A stretch of 64,000 bases of DNA, taken from the NCBI GenBank assembly GCA_964016885.1, contig OZ024740.1, positions 109,678,001 to 109,742,000 on the forward strand, given 5' to 3'. A model generated the notes under the pieces. The model was given only the letters and a program-made list of their open reading frames with translations. It made no database searches and had not been told where the DNA came from. Both the position numbers and the translations under genes were made by a program. Each line of letters opens with the position of its first letter. The stretch's first letter is position 1. This document shows positions 26,326-40,347 of the stretch, piece by piece. Source of the stretch: Eledone cirrhosa (lineage: Eukaryota).

Positions 26326-27529
26326 TTATATGATGGAAAGTATTTGGCAATAGGAAGGGCATCCAGCCATAGTAACCAAGCAAAAAATGGAATGTATGAA
26401 CAAGGTGTGGTCACCTGATCAGTCTAGTAGTCTGAGAATGTGACAACCCAAACAACCAAAACCAGCATATAAAATGAACCATGATGATGATGTTGATGAT
26501 GATGATATATAAAATAAAAGAAAACAAGTTAAATGTAAGGTAAAAAGATAAAGTTATAATATAAATTTGATATAATATAAACTTGATATGATATGAATAT
26601 AACTTATTTATTGGATGTTGGCAGAGAATCACTCAGGATATGTCTGAAGAATCTACGGAAGTGGTTTGAGAACTGCAGGAAATTTACTTTTTAAAGTATC
26701 CATTCATCAGAAGAATATCTCTGTACATGTGCATGCTTGAGTGTATATGTGTGCATGCATGCGTGTGTGTATTCGTGTGTATGCATGTGTGTGTGAGTTA
26801 GAGGAAAGCTATTGAACATAGATTTCAAAAACTACATTGAAAGCTAGACTGATGGGATTAGGGGTATTTATTATATTGCATTGTATTGTGCATGAAATGC
26901 ATTGTACTGTATTGTGTGTGTATGTATATTGTGTGTGTGTATTCTATGTGAAATGTATTGTATTGTAATGTGTGTATATGAAATGTTTTGTGTTGTGTAT
27001 GTATATTGTATGTGTGTGTGAGAGAGGTTTACAAACAAACAATAAAAACTACTACAAGCTCAGTGGAATTGTGGGCTATTTATTATTTAGAATGAAAAAT
27101 ATTCTCTCTTTTTCTCTTTCTTTCTCATTTTATTTTATTTATTCATTCATTCATCTTTTTTTCTTTTTATTCCATTCTTTTTTTTCTTTTTATTCCATTC
27201 TTTTATTTCTTTATTTCTTTGCTTCCTTCTTTCCTTTATTTCTATCACTTTTTTCACCCCCCCCCCTTCTAACATTCATTTGTTCCTTCTTTTTTTCATA
27301 TCTTTCCTCCACACCTTCTTTCCTTCCTGCTTCCTTTCCTTTTTTTCTTTCGTTCACTATATATTGTAAATCCTGGGAGTAGATCACTAAATACAGCTAG
27401 AAAAAGTTTGTCTACTTATCACTGTGTTCATTTTTACATCTACTATTTCCATGCTGACATGGTCTGAACAGGACAACTTGAGGCAGTATTCTACAGTTGG
27501 ACACCCTTTCCAATCCAGGCCCTAATTAA

Positions 27530-27628
27530 CCTTTTAGCCTTTACATTACTCTATATTTACTATCATATTTTCATAATATCGAATCTATGAGATTTTGGTT
27601 GGATATAGCCAGTTTAAATGCTAAAGGG
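27530..27628. mobile_element. piggyBac-like MITE (~99 bp); longer relative at ~18005-18228
   Basis: TTAA|ccttttagccttta ... taaatgctaaaggg|TTAA. Confidence 0.7.
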
Positions 27629-27807
27629 TTAAGGCATCCCTCAACCTCAAGTATCAAGCAATAAGGATCAAACCTAAAACCATGTGGTTGTAAAGCCCAT
27701 TACTAAAACATGCAACCATGCCTTCCCTTGTTAATTAATCTTAATTTTTGGTTTGCTATTTTTATCCTATCTACATATCTTTCATGGAAAAATGTTTAAT
27801 ATTCGTT

Positions 27808-28154
27808 ACCATATTTCTAGGTGGTGAATTGGCAGAGTCATGACAACATAAAATGGAATACTTTATTGTATTTGTTCTGGCTTTCCCCACTCTCAGTTCA
27901 AATCTTGCTGAGGTCAACTTTGCCTTTCATCCTTTCAAGGTCAATAAAAAAAGTACTAGTCTGTTAGTGGAGTTGATTCTTCTTCTTTTTCACTCTCTTT
28001 CTCTCAGTTGTGTTCAGATGTGGAAAGAGGATGAGCTCTACCAGTTTTAAAGTGTCCAGATGTATGTCACAATGGTGCCCATATGACACAATCAGTAATT
28101 ACGGATCCCTACATATGTACCGTATTTCTAATGCAAAACATTGGCTATGATTTT
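27808..28154 (+). mobile_element. SINE with flanks, repeated at ~28800-29130; family also at 52424-52730 and 56680-57000 (-)
   Basis: ggtgaattggcagagtcat...cagttcaaatcttgctgaggtcaa plus a shared tail ggaaagaggatg.gctc.accag.tttaaagtgtccag. Confidence 0.75.
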
Positions 28155-30163
28155 CATCATCCTTTTCACATTCATTTTTGCATGCTTGCATGGGTTGAAC
28201 AGGTTTTTCCCAACACAGCTTCCCTCTACTCATTGCACTCCTTTGTTATCTTTTTGGTGAGGTTTAGGGTTTTGAAATCCACTGTCACCAGTTCTGTTCA
28301 GGTTTTCTTTGGCCTTCCTTTACTGCAGCTAACCTCCACTTAGAACGCCTGGTACTTCTTCATGTAATGATCATTATCCATATACCAGTGATACCCTGAA
28401 ATCACCTTTGGTTCTATGATTGAAACATGTTTATTTTAAAGAGTTTATTATATCTATCTAAAATCCTTCCATCATAATTTTATGTATAGACCTTTAAGTT
28501 ATGTTTCAATCACCAGATTAATAATGAGAAAGTTAGCTAGATTACTAATTCCCTTGAAATTCTTGAGTTTTTTTCAAAATTATTTGAAAATAATAGGCAG
28601 TGTCTTTCACAAAAAAATATGATAATAAAAGAGTTAAGACAGATTTGGCATTGCATTTAGAGAGTCCTCAGGAGAGAGATTCTCTATTCTTTATGTTTAG
28701 ATATCAGACTGACATACTGATATTTAGAAATTACTTTCACAAATAACAATTCCTCATTCAATATTACAAAACAATTCTCCATATGATTAACTCTTTTGTT
28801 AACATATTTCTGGTGAATTGGCAGAGTCATTACAACATTGAATGGAATACTTTATGGTAGTCATTCTGGCTTTCCTCACTCTCAGTTCAAATCTTGCTGA
28901 GGTCAATAAAAAAAGTACCAGTCCGTTAGTGGGGTCAATTTTTCTTCTCTTTCACTCACTTTTTCTCTTCTTCTGGAAGAAATCAGTTGTGTTTAGACTT
29001 GGAAAGAGGATGGGCTCGACCAGCTTTAAAGTGTCCAGATGTATGTCACAATGGTGCCCATATAACACAATCAGGAGTTACAGATCCCTACATATGTACC
29101 ATATTTCTAATGCAAATGCCTATGATTTTCAAGTATATATTTCTTTTATAAATTATCAAGAATTTTGAGGGATTTAGTTAAATAATTAACATTTTCAATT
29201 TTAAGCTGGCATTTGAAACATAATTTAATAACAGTCCTTACATAGCATTAGGATGGGAGATTTTTAGATAAATAGAAACTTTTTAACCCTTTACTCACCA
29301 TATTTCTAATGAAATACACTGCCTATAATTTTCAAATAGTTTTGAAAATAATAAAAAATTTTGAGGGATTTATTTTTTTAAACTGGTGTTTCAAATATAA
29401 TAATGCTTTTAATTAAAATTATGATAGAAGTTTTAAACACTTTAAAACACAGTTTAGTATAATTGTCCCAAGAGTGGTTTAGTATTAAAAGAAAATGGAA
29501 TTTACGGTTTACACCTATGAAGGTTTAGCTGGTCTTGGAGGAGACCAACTAAATCTGCATAGGTGTGAACTGTTATTTTTTTCTCTTAGAAGTTGTTTTA
29601 ATGATAAGGTCCCCAGTCCTATCATGAAAAGTAATATGAAATGAAGTGTCTTACTCAAGAACACTACACACTACCCAGTCCAGATATTGAACCCATGACC
29701 ATGTGTTTGTCAGTTCAAAACCCTAACAACGAGGCTACTTAACAAAATAATAATATTTCATTAAATATATATAAACACACTCTCCATATGATTAATCAAA
29801 ATGCTGAAAGATAATAATAAGAATAAGACATTTATTATAAATAAGTGGTGTGTATCTCCCTCCAGAGTATAGATTATTTTATAAATGAATTTAAGTACAT
29901 CTAGAATTAGCTGGCTACACATATGATCTGCAGATGGCTGCAATCCATAGAAATATTGATTGTGGTGGTTCTGAAATTAAGGTCACATATAAAAGAAAAA
30001 TAAAGGCTTACAACAAAATATGGTGACTGGACTTTAACATGAACTGTAATATGAATTAGCTTTATATATATATATAGTAATAATAATAAATTTGAAGACT
30101 AAAATCCAAAGAGGGCTCGATAAGGATAAATATATATCAAATATATAAGAACCGTAGAGCAAA

Positions 30164-30315
30164 TATTTATTAAAATAACAGATTAAAGTTTAAGCAAAGA
30201 ATCGCTGCTTTCACCCTTAACGGGATCTTCTGAAAACTCAGAGTTTCAGAAGATCCCGTTAAGGGTGAAAGCAGCGATTCTTTGCTTAAACTTTAATCTG
30301 TTATTTTAATAAATA
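30164..30315. repeat. Near-perfect palindrome, 75-bp arms, 1-nt loop
   Basis: Arms are exact reverse complements except one extra A near 30236; loop at 30240. Confidence 0.97.
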
Positions 30316-30374
30316 AATATATATATATATATAGTTTTGCGAGGTTTTTTATATGAAATCGTGTGTCGAAACAA

Positions 30375-30872
30375 ATATTGTTATACTTGGGGAGGGTCAT
30401 ATTTGTGTAATATTGCCAGAATTAATAACAGAACACACTCACTGTTTGGTTGGTTTTCGCTTTTCGCTTCTGTGTCTTTTATATTGGTAATCTAATTTAT
30501 TCGGTTTTCAATGTTGCATTGACTGACCAATGGTCAAAAATAATACAGATACAATATAGACACAAACACATATATATAGTTTATCAAAGTTCTTTCGGTG
30601 CACATCTGCAACATCGTCAGTGGTGCTATTGTTTCCTCCCGTTACATTGTATGTCTATGCCATCTTTATTTAGTCTGTTTATTGTGTCTATATTGTATCT
30701 GTATTATTTTTGACCGTTGGTCAGTCAATGGCAACATTGAGAACCGAATAAATTAGATTACTGATATAAAAGACACAGAAGCGAAAAGCGAAAACCAACC
30801 AAACAGTGAGTGTGTTCTGTTATTAATTCTGGCAATATTACACAAATATGACCCTCCCCAAGTATAACAATA
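30375..30872. mobile_element. Fold-back element: ~190-bp inverted arms with a ~116-bp spacer containing a hammerhead motif
   Basis: 30375-30565 and 30682-30872 are reverse complements with few differences; (TA)n on the outside. Confidence 0.85.
30576..30629 (-). ncRNA. Type-I hammerhead ribozyme motif
   Basis: Minus strand atag-cac-ca-CTGACGA-tgt-tgca-gatg-tgca-cc-GAAA-gaac-TT-tg-ataaa-ctat. The core is intact; helix III and the base of helix II are weak. Confidence 0.6.
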
Positions 30873-30923
30873 TATATATATATATATATATATGTGTATG
30901 TGCACTAGTATACATATATGTAT

Positions 30924-30991
<68 letters not shown>

Positions 30992-31504
30992 ATGTTTGTG
31001 TGTGTGTATGTATGTACGTGTATGCATGTGTGTATATTTATTTATATGTGTTTGTGAGATCCTTTTCCCATGCTTATTGAAGCAGATCATTCAGTACCCC
31101 CTCCCCCACACATACACACACACACATTGTACTGGTTGATCTGGCAGAATATTCAATTATAGAAAGAAGTGATTAGAAATTAGTAAGCTACCCCTTCCCC
31201 ATCATTAATAAATGCTAAAGGCATTAAAGGCATTTACTTTATGGCAGCACCATAGTCAGTCAGTATCTCTATTTAAATGATTAGGGACAATAATTGAATT
31301 GATCCCATCACTCACAGAGAATGAAAAGAATCTACCAATAGTTCTATTAAGTAAACAAAGGTTTTATACAATATAACCATTTTCATTGACTTTTGGCTAT
31401 GAATGCTCCTCTAGATCTTTGGAGAGAAAGAAGATGAATGAATATTCTTTGCTGATGTCAGTGAGTGTAGAAACTCATCCATGACTGTTCTCTCCCTGAT
31501 GGAT

Positions 31505-31935
31505 TAGTTACGTCCCTTTACGATCTGAGTTCAAATCCCGCCGAGGTTCACTTTGCCTTTCATCCTTACGGGGTCGATAAAATAAAGTACCAGTAATGCA
31601 CTGGGTAATTGCTGGCCTTGTGCCTAAAGTAGAAACAATTGTTATTACACCAAGGGTAGCTTTGCCTTCCATCCTTACAGGGTCAATAAAATAATAAAGT
31701 CCCAAAACGGCCTTGGTGGATTGGTAGTATTGGTAAAGCGTCAGACAACATGCTTTGTAGCATAGAGTTATGGCCCTTTATGTTCTGAGTTCAAATCCCA
31801 CCGAGGTTAACTTTGCCTCTTATCCTTACGGGGTTGATAAAATAAAGCACCAGTAATATACTGGGTCGATTTAATCGACATTCCCCTACCACAAAATTGC
31901 TGACCTTGTGCCTAAATCAGAAACCATTACTATCA
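31505..31935 (+). mobile_element. Cluster of three partial or complete SINE copies
   Basis: ctttgcct(t)tcatccttac(g/a)gggtc(g/a)ataaaataa repeated near 31570, 31660 and 31811. Confidence 0.8.
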
Positions 31936-34900
31936 TTACCCTTAAATTGTAGATTGGCAGAATTGTTTGAGTGTTTGGATTTATGCTTCATGGAATTTAG
32001 TTACAGCCCTCTATATTCTGAGTTCATATTTTGCCAAGGTTAATTTCATTCATATTTCATTCTTCCAGTGTCCTTAAAATGAAATACCAGTCAAGTACTG
32101 AAGTTGATATAACTGACTTTCTCTTCTCCACAAATTGCTTGCCTTGCATCTAAGTTATACACTATTATTAGACATCATCATCATCATCATCAATATTACT
32201 GTATGTCAGGAGAGGCCTGTGTAGATTATTGGCTCAGTAACTTCCAATAAAGAGAAACCATTAGAACATAAGAAATTTGTCAGGGCATATGTATCTATTT
32301 CTCTTGCTCTCTCTCTCTGTATGTGTGTGTGTGTGTGTGCATGTGTGTGTGTCTATATATATGTACATACATATGTTATATATATATATGTGTCTATCTG
32401 TGTGTATGTATGTATATGTCTGTGTGTATGTATGTATGTGTCCTTGTATATATATATGTCTCTGTGTGTGTATATATATGTCTATCTGTGTGTATGTATA
32501 TGTCTATCTGTGTGTATGTATGTGTATATCTGTCTAAATGGAAGCATCAGTGTTGGCTTGTCAAGTGTAACCTTTAATAAAATGTCCAACATGTCACAAT
32601 ATGTCCTGTTGATGTGGTGTTCTGCAGCCATAAATACTTTCACAGCTTCATCGAATTTCACCGAACACCAACAGTAAACTACCAACATTTAAGGACAAGC
32701 TACTCACTATTTCACATCCAGATTTTAACCCCTTCACCAGTGTGAGTGTACTTCTAATTAAATACATCCTATTTCAATTAATTAATGAAAAATGTTAACG
32801 TAATTAGTAAAACTATTAATTAATGAAGGCAGTGGAGGAGTGAATGACTTTAAATGTTAAAACTTCATAAAGAAAACTTTATAGACAACAGCCACAATGG
32901 TCACTGAGAACTGTTAAGTCTGTTGGTGGTGCTGGTTGGTAGTAGAAATACTATGATAGAGAGTGGTGGTGTTTTTGTGTGGGTTCCTCCTCTCTTCATG
33001 TGAACATAGACCATATGAGGCTTGTGACTTAACTTCACAAACAGTTTAGATGTAAAAGTACCAGCACCATTGATGAGAAAGTGAATTAAGTTGATAATTT
33101 AACATTTAACGTCCTGTACCGCATGAAACCACATTAGCAAGACATTCTTAAAAGGCACAACATATATGATAGCATCATAAAGTCTTTACTCTAATATTGC
33201 AAATGTTTATGATGTGTCCAGTAGTAATGATACTATAAACATTTGAATTTATAAATTTTCTGTTAAATCATTACAGGATGTTAAAAGATAACATATGGTT
33301 TTTATTTAATTAGAAAACCTTTAAAATGGCAGATTTTGTTTTCATAGAATCGGAGCCAATTTTAGTCGGGTTGGTATTAAAAACATTAAATGATACAGTT
33401 GTTATTGCTCCTATGGCTACTGCTGCTAATGCTGTTGCTGCTATTACTACAAATACTTCAAAGAGGCTGGGGTTGGGAAGGGCATCCAACTGTAGAAACC
33501 ATGCAAAAGCAGGAACTTAGGCATGCAAAACTTGCCCTCCTCCCACACTAGCCTGTTTAGGAGGATAAGGACCGTAGCTTCAATTAAGTTGCCAAGATGA
33601 AGGAACAGATTTTAAATGATGATGATATACTATTCTTTTACTGGTTCCAGTCATTAGACTGCAGCTATGCTAGGTCACCACCATCATAATTGTTCTTATA
33701 TCTGTGCTAGCATGGGTTCGATAAGACTTTTTGAGGCAGTATTCTATGGATAGATGCCCTTCCTAACTACAAACCTCACTTTTTAAAGTGAGATACAGAT
33801 CTTCACAGAGTTAACTGCTTACCTGTGGAACTTCTGTTAATGGGGGATATAAATAAGTCTCCATGACCTGTTAGGTAAATAACAGTGAAGTCATGTGGCT
33901 TAGTGGTTAGAGAATTGAATTCATAATTATTAGGTTGTGAGTTTGATTCACGGACTGAGTGATGCGTCATGTCCTTGAGCAAGACATTTAATTTCTCATT
34001 GTTCTTTCTACCAGGAGTTGCGAGTGGTAGATAGTACCATCAATGGAAATACTAATGGAAACATTGTTTCCTTGGTCTGATTTGATGAGTTCCACCCAAC
34101 TCAGGTAAACGAATGAGGTCTGGAATATTGTTGATCGATTCCCCTCCACTTAGGTAAATAAACAGTGATAAATAAACACAGTACTGCACACACACTATGT
34201 ATCAAACTTATCTTTAGACATTTTTACTAAGAAGATGGCATTGTCAGCTGATTGATTAGAGGTGAGCTGGGACAAACCAACAACAAAAACAATAGCCACC
34301 CACCCCATATTATTAAAGAATTCCTCAGATTATATTGAGAGTCACTACATCTCTTCTTACAACTATTGTCTGGAATGCGAGGGAGTGGGTGTAAAAAAAA
34401 GATAAAGAAATGTCAAAAGTAACAGCAAGCCTGTCAGTTAATGTGTCCATACAAAACTACAAGCTAATTTATTTGTTAAAGCTAAGATTTTCATGTCTTT
34501 GAGGCACTCTCCACCCCACATACTACTCTCTTGCCATTTTTCTTGCTGCCAGCATTCATTTTTTATTAACATAACAGTTCTCTTCCTGTTTTTCTTATGG
34601 CATCTGTTTGTTTTCTCTCCTCTCTCTCTTTTATTATTCAGTGTTTGACAATTGTTGGGCTCAGATAGCTTGTGGAGCTGTGTGTAGCTGTGTAGCGCTA
34701 TAGGTGTGTAGTTCTCTAGTTGCGTAGTTGTGGTGGTGTAGCTGTGTAATTGTGTGATTGTGTGTGTGTGTATTTGTGTCATTGTGGAGTTCATTGATTG
34801 AGTGGTTGTGTATCTATGTCAGTGTGTGCTTGTGTAAGTGCTACAGTTGTATGGCTGTGTAGTTGTGTATTTCTGTGCTTCTCTGGTTCTGGACAACCAA

Positions 34901-37900
34901 CTAACTACCATGGTAACTGTCAGTGGAATCGATATGATACTATTTCAATCTCAAATATTGAGGGCACCTACCACCTCCTACCTTATTTAAAGTTATGTTG
35001 CTAGTGATGAATATTGCCACCACCACCACCACCATTAATACTGCTATTAGCACCAACACCACTACCATCATCATCATCATCAACATTTTACGTCAATTTC
35101 TTTTTCCATGCTTGCATGGAGTATGGACAATGCATATGATTATGATTATGGATGCTGCTGTTATTGTTGTTGTTGTTGTAGTAGTGGTGATGATGATATG
35201 GCATTAAGGTTTTTTTTCAGTGTGTGTGTGTGTATGTGTTCATTAGTCCAATGAAACCATACAATAACCATTCCATTAACCATCTTTGTGTAATATGAGA
35301 TTTGCAATGGGCGTTTTATCTCAAACAGAACTTTAAACCGATTCTGAGTGACTGGTAATGAGGAGTTGTTGAATCGCAAAATGGGTATAATGGTGAATAT
35401 AATGTCTGCTGGTGGTAGAATTAATACAGTGGCAGACTAAATATTTAGTGGTGGGTGGTAGAATTGGTAGAGCACTGGACAAAATGACTAGTGGCAGTTG
35501 ACAAAATGCCTAGAAGTATATGGTAGAATTGGTAGAATGGTAGTCACTAAATGCCTAGTGGTGGTAACCTCTAGATATTTAGTGCTACTACTCTATCACC
35601 CACCAACAGACATTTAGAGTCTAACACTCTACCACCCACATCTAGACATTTAGTGTCCACCATTCTACTGATTCTGTCACATACTTCTAGGCATTGTGTC
35701 TACTAATTCCCCACTCTAGTCTCTTTGGTACAGTGATAGCCACTAAATCTCTTGACGAGTAGTACAACAGTCTGTTGGATGTGATAATGAAGTATATTCT
35801 CTCAGAAGGGGTAATAACCCCAAAATGCAAGGGAAAATCTGCTGTACATGATATTTCTATGTCCGAGAATGTGTACATCATATGCTCAGTTTGTTGTTGT
35901 TTAATTCCAAGTCACCTCTGATTTACTAGACCTATGTATGTTAAAAAATATTCTTCCCCCATGAGCATAACTGTAAATAGCATAACCACTACACTATCCA
36001 ACATATTTTTTTCCCATTTTTTTTTTAACATGGTAGGCTGTAATTTGAGGGAGATTTAGTGACTATTTGTAACTGGTTCAGCAATTAACTAAAAAAATTC
36101 CTTATTATCTAGAATCAGGTTCCCTAATCAGCTAAAAAAAGGTCCCTCTCATTAGGTCTAATAAGCTCCCTTCGTTTGCTCAAAAGTGGCTCCCTCATTA
36201 GGTTGGAAATGATTCTCTCACTAGCTTAGAAGTGGTTCCCTCATTAAGTCTTCATCATAAGGTTAAAAATGGTTCTCTTGTTAATTTATATTGAGGGATA
36301 CCTCATTAGAGTTGTATAATATATAGGTCCTTTAATTGATGTCATAAGTGTGGATTAATTTTGACTGAACCCTTAAAACTGAAATATAGGGGACAGGATG
36401 AAACTTTTCATTTTCTAAACCTCCCAACAAAGAAAAAAAAATGTTTTTCGTTGACATGCTAGAGACAGGAGACCTGGTAGCCAGTCAGTTTCAATGGGGA
36501 TTATGATAGCTCTCCACTTACACCTTCAGTTGAAGCAGAGAAAGGCCAGAGAGCAAGATTGGGTGATTAACTTTTGATAAATGTTTACTGTTTTCTTTCT
36601 ACCAAGATAAGAATATGGTCTCCAATAACCACAGGAGAGAGGGGGGGGGGGGGCAGATATGGGAGGAGAGAGAGACCATATAAGCAAACCCACAGAAAGA
36701 AATGTCAGATAACATGCCTAACAACATTTTAGGGGGTGAACCTGTAGATCCTGTGAAACTAGGTTATCAAAGACACCAATTGAAGGTATATTATACCAGC
36801 ATCATGTTTGGCAATAACATGCTTTTTAATTTATAGCTTTTGTTTGTTTGTATTTGTTTTTTAATTGTTATTGTTTTATTGCTGTTGCACCTCCCCTGGA
36901 GGGATATTGAAACCCATTGGAAGATTAATAGATTAATTTTCCCCCAAAATGTCCTGCTTCCAGATGTTCTGCTTTTACCAGAATCAAACATTTCGTAAAG
37001 GTCAATAAGTGAGTTAAAAATCTTTACCAGAATCATAACTGCACTGTGTTTATTACTGTTATCTGCTCCAAAATATGGTCAACACCCAAAATAATTGGCT
37101 TGACAAATACCATATTATGTGCCATTTCCTTCAGAATGTCTACTGTTTAAATAGTAAAGAATGAGGTATTGGAGTGAATCTAGCTTAGTGGGTGGTGAGT
37201 CTCTCTCTCGCTCACACTTTCTCTCTCTCTATCTATCTATCTTTCTCTCTCCCGCTTTCTATCTCTCCCTCCCACCCTTCCCTACATTGTTGTTACTTGA
37301 GAAGTTTTATTCAGTCTGTTACTTTTAATTTTAGGTGGAGCATTTAAACAGGAGTGTGGAGGACTGAGTTAATAGGATATTGGGCAATGAAGCGAGGGTT
37401 TAATAGCTCATATCCTGTCAAGAGTATGTGTGAAGGCGCATGGCCAAGTGGTGAGGGTGTTTCACTCACAATCATAGGCTCATGGGCTGGATTCCTAGAC
37501 AAGGCAGCATGTTGAATTCTTGAAAAAGACAAGGCCCGTCACCAGCCTTTAGTGCCTTGGAGGTTAGGAACTTTGAAACAGTCTGGGTGGATACTAATTC
37601 ACAATAATTCTAAGATGGAGTTTCAGAATAAATACATCACAGTAAATTATTCTAAATCTGAGGGCGCATGATTGAAAAGTAAGTCTCCTGAGTCACTCCC
37701 CTACAGGCACAAGCAACATGCTTTATTTAATGATGCTTTTCATTAAAACACCCAAGAAACTTCCTATGAAATACCATGCTGTAAAGAGGCCAGCTAAACC
37801 AGCATATGTGTGAGCTGTGTCATGTCTCACAGCCAAAACACACTTAACTCTATAAATGTTTAATTTCCTCCTCTACCACCATCATGCCCCTCTCATCCTG

Positions 37901-40088
37901 ATTCTACTCCATCATAATCTCTCTTCAACCAACCCTATGATCACACTGTTTTCAATGAACATATATAACATCAAGGAGAAAAGAGTTTTTAGAGTTATTA
38001 GGGAAAAGCAACAATCTGATAAAATGCACCTAGTGCACTTTATAAAGTGGTTGGTGTTAAGAAAATCATTCAGCTGCAGAAACCATACCTAAAATGGAAC
38101 ATGAGTGAGATGTGGCAGCCAACTGGTCTAGGAGAGCCATAACTCCAAATAAGGAGAGCCTTAAACTGTAATGAAGCATGCAACTCTTGCCAATATAGAA
38201 AGTGGCGGTAAAAATGTTGTTGATGATACTTGACCCTGTTGCTTCTATATTTCTAATGAAAGACACTGCCTAGAATCTTCAAAAAGTTCAACAAATGTCA
38301 GTGGCATAAACTATACTTAGAATAAGGTATGGGTTTCCCCAGAAAGGGCCCTTGGTCATAGCTGCTTCAAAGCTGCCTCAAATGTTTCATCCAACCCATG
38401 CAAGCATGATAAAATGGACTTTAAAACAACAATGATGATGGTGATGATGAAACATAATCATATTTTACAAACCAAACATATGGCACTAATACTATGACAT
38501 GTACAATAATTACCAAGACACATAGAAATAATTTTTATTTCTATACATCACTACTTCCTTTTAGACAACTGACATATTCTTATATATAGCATTGTTTTCA
38601 TATTACAACAGAAAGAATCATTAGAATGTCAGATAAAATGCTTTGCAGTATTTGTTCCTACTTTTTACATTCTGAGTTCACGTTGCACTGAGGTCAATTT
38701 AGCCCTTCATCCATTTATGATTAATAAAATGAAATACCAGTCAAGTACTAGAATAGAGGAAATCAACTTTTCCCTGACCCAAATTGTTGACCTTGTGCAA
38801 CACCTCAACAAGCATTCTAAGGCCATTTACTCTACAGAAGTAGGAATTAGACTCAGAGTCACACAAAGCTGGTAATAGGTTGAGGCAATGTAGTTGGAAA
38901 TATACAAAATACAGAATAGTCATCACTAGAATGTCTTTGATTATATGTCTGCATGATTGGGGTTGACCTGGGGCTAAACAACAATAACACCAACAACTAA
39001 TGTTATTTGATGTGTAGTTAATTTAGTAAATGCTATATAATGCATAAATTCTAACAGCTTGCTTTACCATCACACCTTCATAATTATTATCATCATTACT
39101 ATTGCCTCATTACCACCATCATAATTATCACCATAACTCTTATCATTATCAATACCAACACCAAAATTATCCTCCTCCTCCTCCTCCTCCTCCTCCTCCT
39201 CCTCATCATTACTAACATCCCCATAATAATTATCAAAGCCATCATCATAATTATCATCATCATCATAATCACTACCACTATCATCATCATCATAACAATT
39301 ACCACTTTCATTGCTTATGGTCCTCAGTCAGTCCACCACCCCCACCACCATCATCATAGAAGTCATCAATCATGTCCAGGAAAATTGCTAGTGTTTCTCA
39401 TTGTTCAACAGAGACTATTAATTACATTTATTTATTTATTCCATATGTGCTTATTTCATTTACACACACACACAAATACATACACAAACAAACACACAGA
39501 CACACACACTTGTAAAAATAAAAGGCAGTGGATATTGCCATCAGTTCTAACAATCAGTATTCCAGTCATTTCATTAAATGAACTACTCACACATTGAATT
39601 AAAACGTAAAGTGGCTGAGTATTCCACAGATACTTGTATTCTTTTCATGTAATTCTTGAATAAAACCAACATGACACAATAAAATGAGGATACCCCTTTG
39701 GATTTCAGGTACAGCCCATCAGACAGGCTTCCACACAGTTTCTGTCTATTCAATTTCAATCACAAGACCACTGTCTGGTCAAGGAAATGGCACAAGACAC
39801 TTCATAAGATGGCATGCAATGAAATGAAACCTAGATCCTCACGAATGGAGAGTAAACTTCTTAATCTCTTCACCATATATATAGCTAAGTGATTATATAT
39901 ATATATATATATATATATATTCCAATGATTTGATCAGAGACACACACTGTATTTAAGGTTGAGTGACGCAACTTCGAGTGATTAGCGGCCTTTAGACTCA
40001 CCTGATCAATGAAACAATTGTTAATACTGTAAATAAAACCCTTTTTGTACAGCCGGCCATGTTATTCTTCACTCTTTCACTACTATAT

Positions 40089-40139
<51 letters not shown>

Positions 40140-40251
40140 AATTTAAATTAGTTGAAGTCAGTGTTGCAGCATATGTACACATTTTATTTGCATTCAGTGG
40201 TTTGAACAGTGCATCGCCTTTAACTTGTTGCACACCTATACATACATATAT

Positions 40252-40347
40252 ATAGTGACGAAACATAAGTCAATTGCATGAACTCATAATCCTTTATTTA
40301 CATAAAGGATTATGAGTTCATGCAATTGACTTATGTTTCGTCACTAT
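40252..40347. repeat. Perfect palindrome, 46-bp arms, TTAC loop; arm carries a hammerhead 3' half (GAAA-cataag-TC)
   Basis: 40252-40297 is the exact reverse complement of 40302-40347. Confidence 0.95.

Noticed and set aside
26640-26720. Hammerhead on the minus strand (CTGATGA at 26710-26704)
   Set aside because: No intact GAAA and helices I and III do not pair convincingly; at most a heavily decayed relic.
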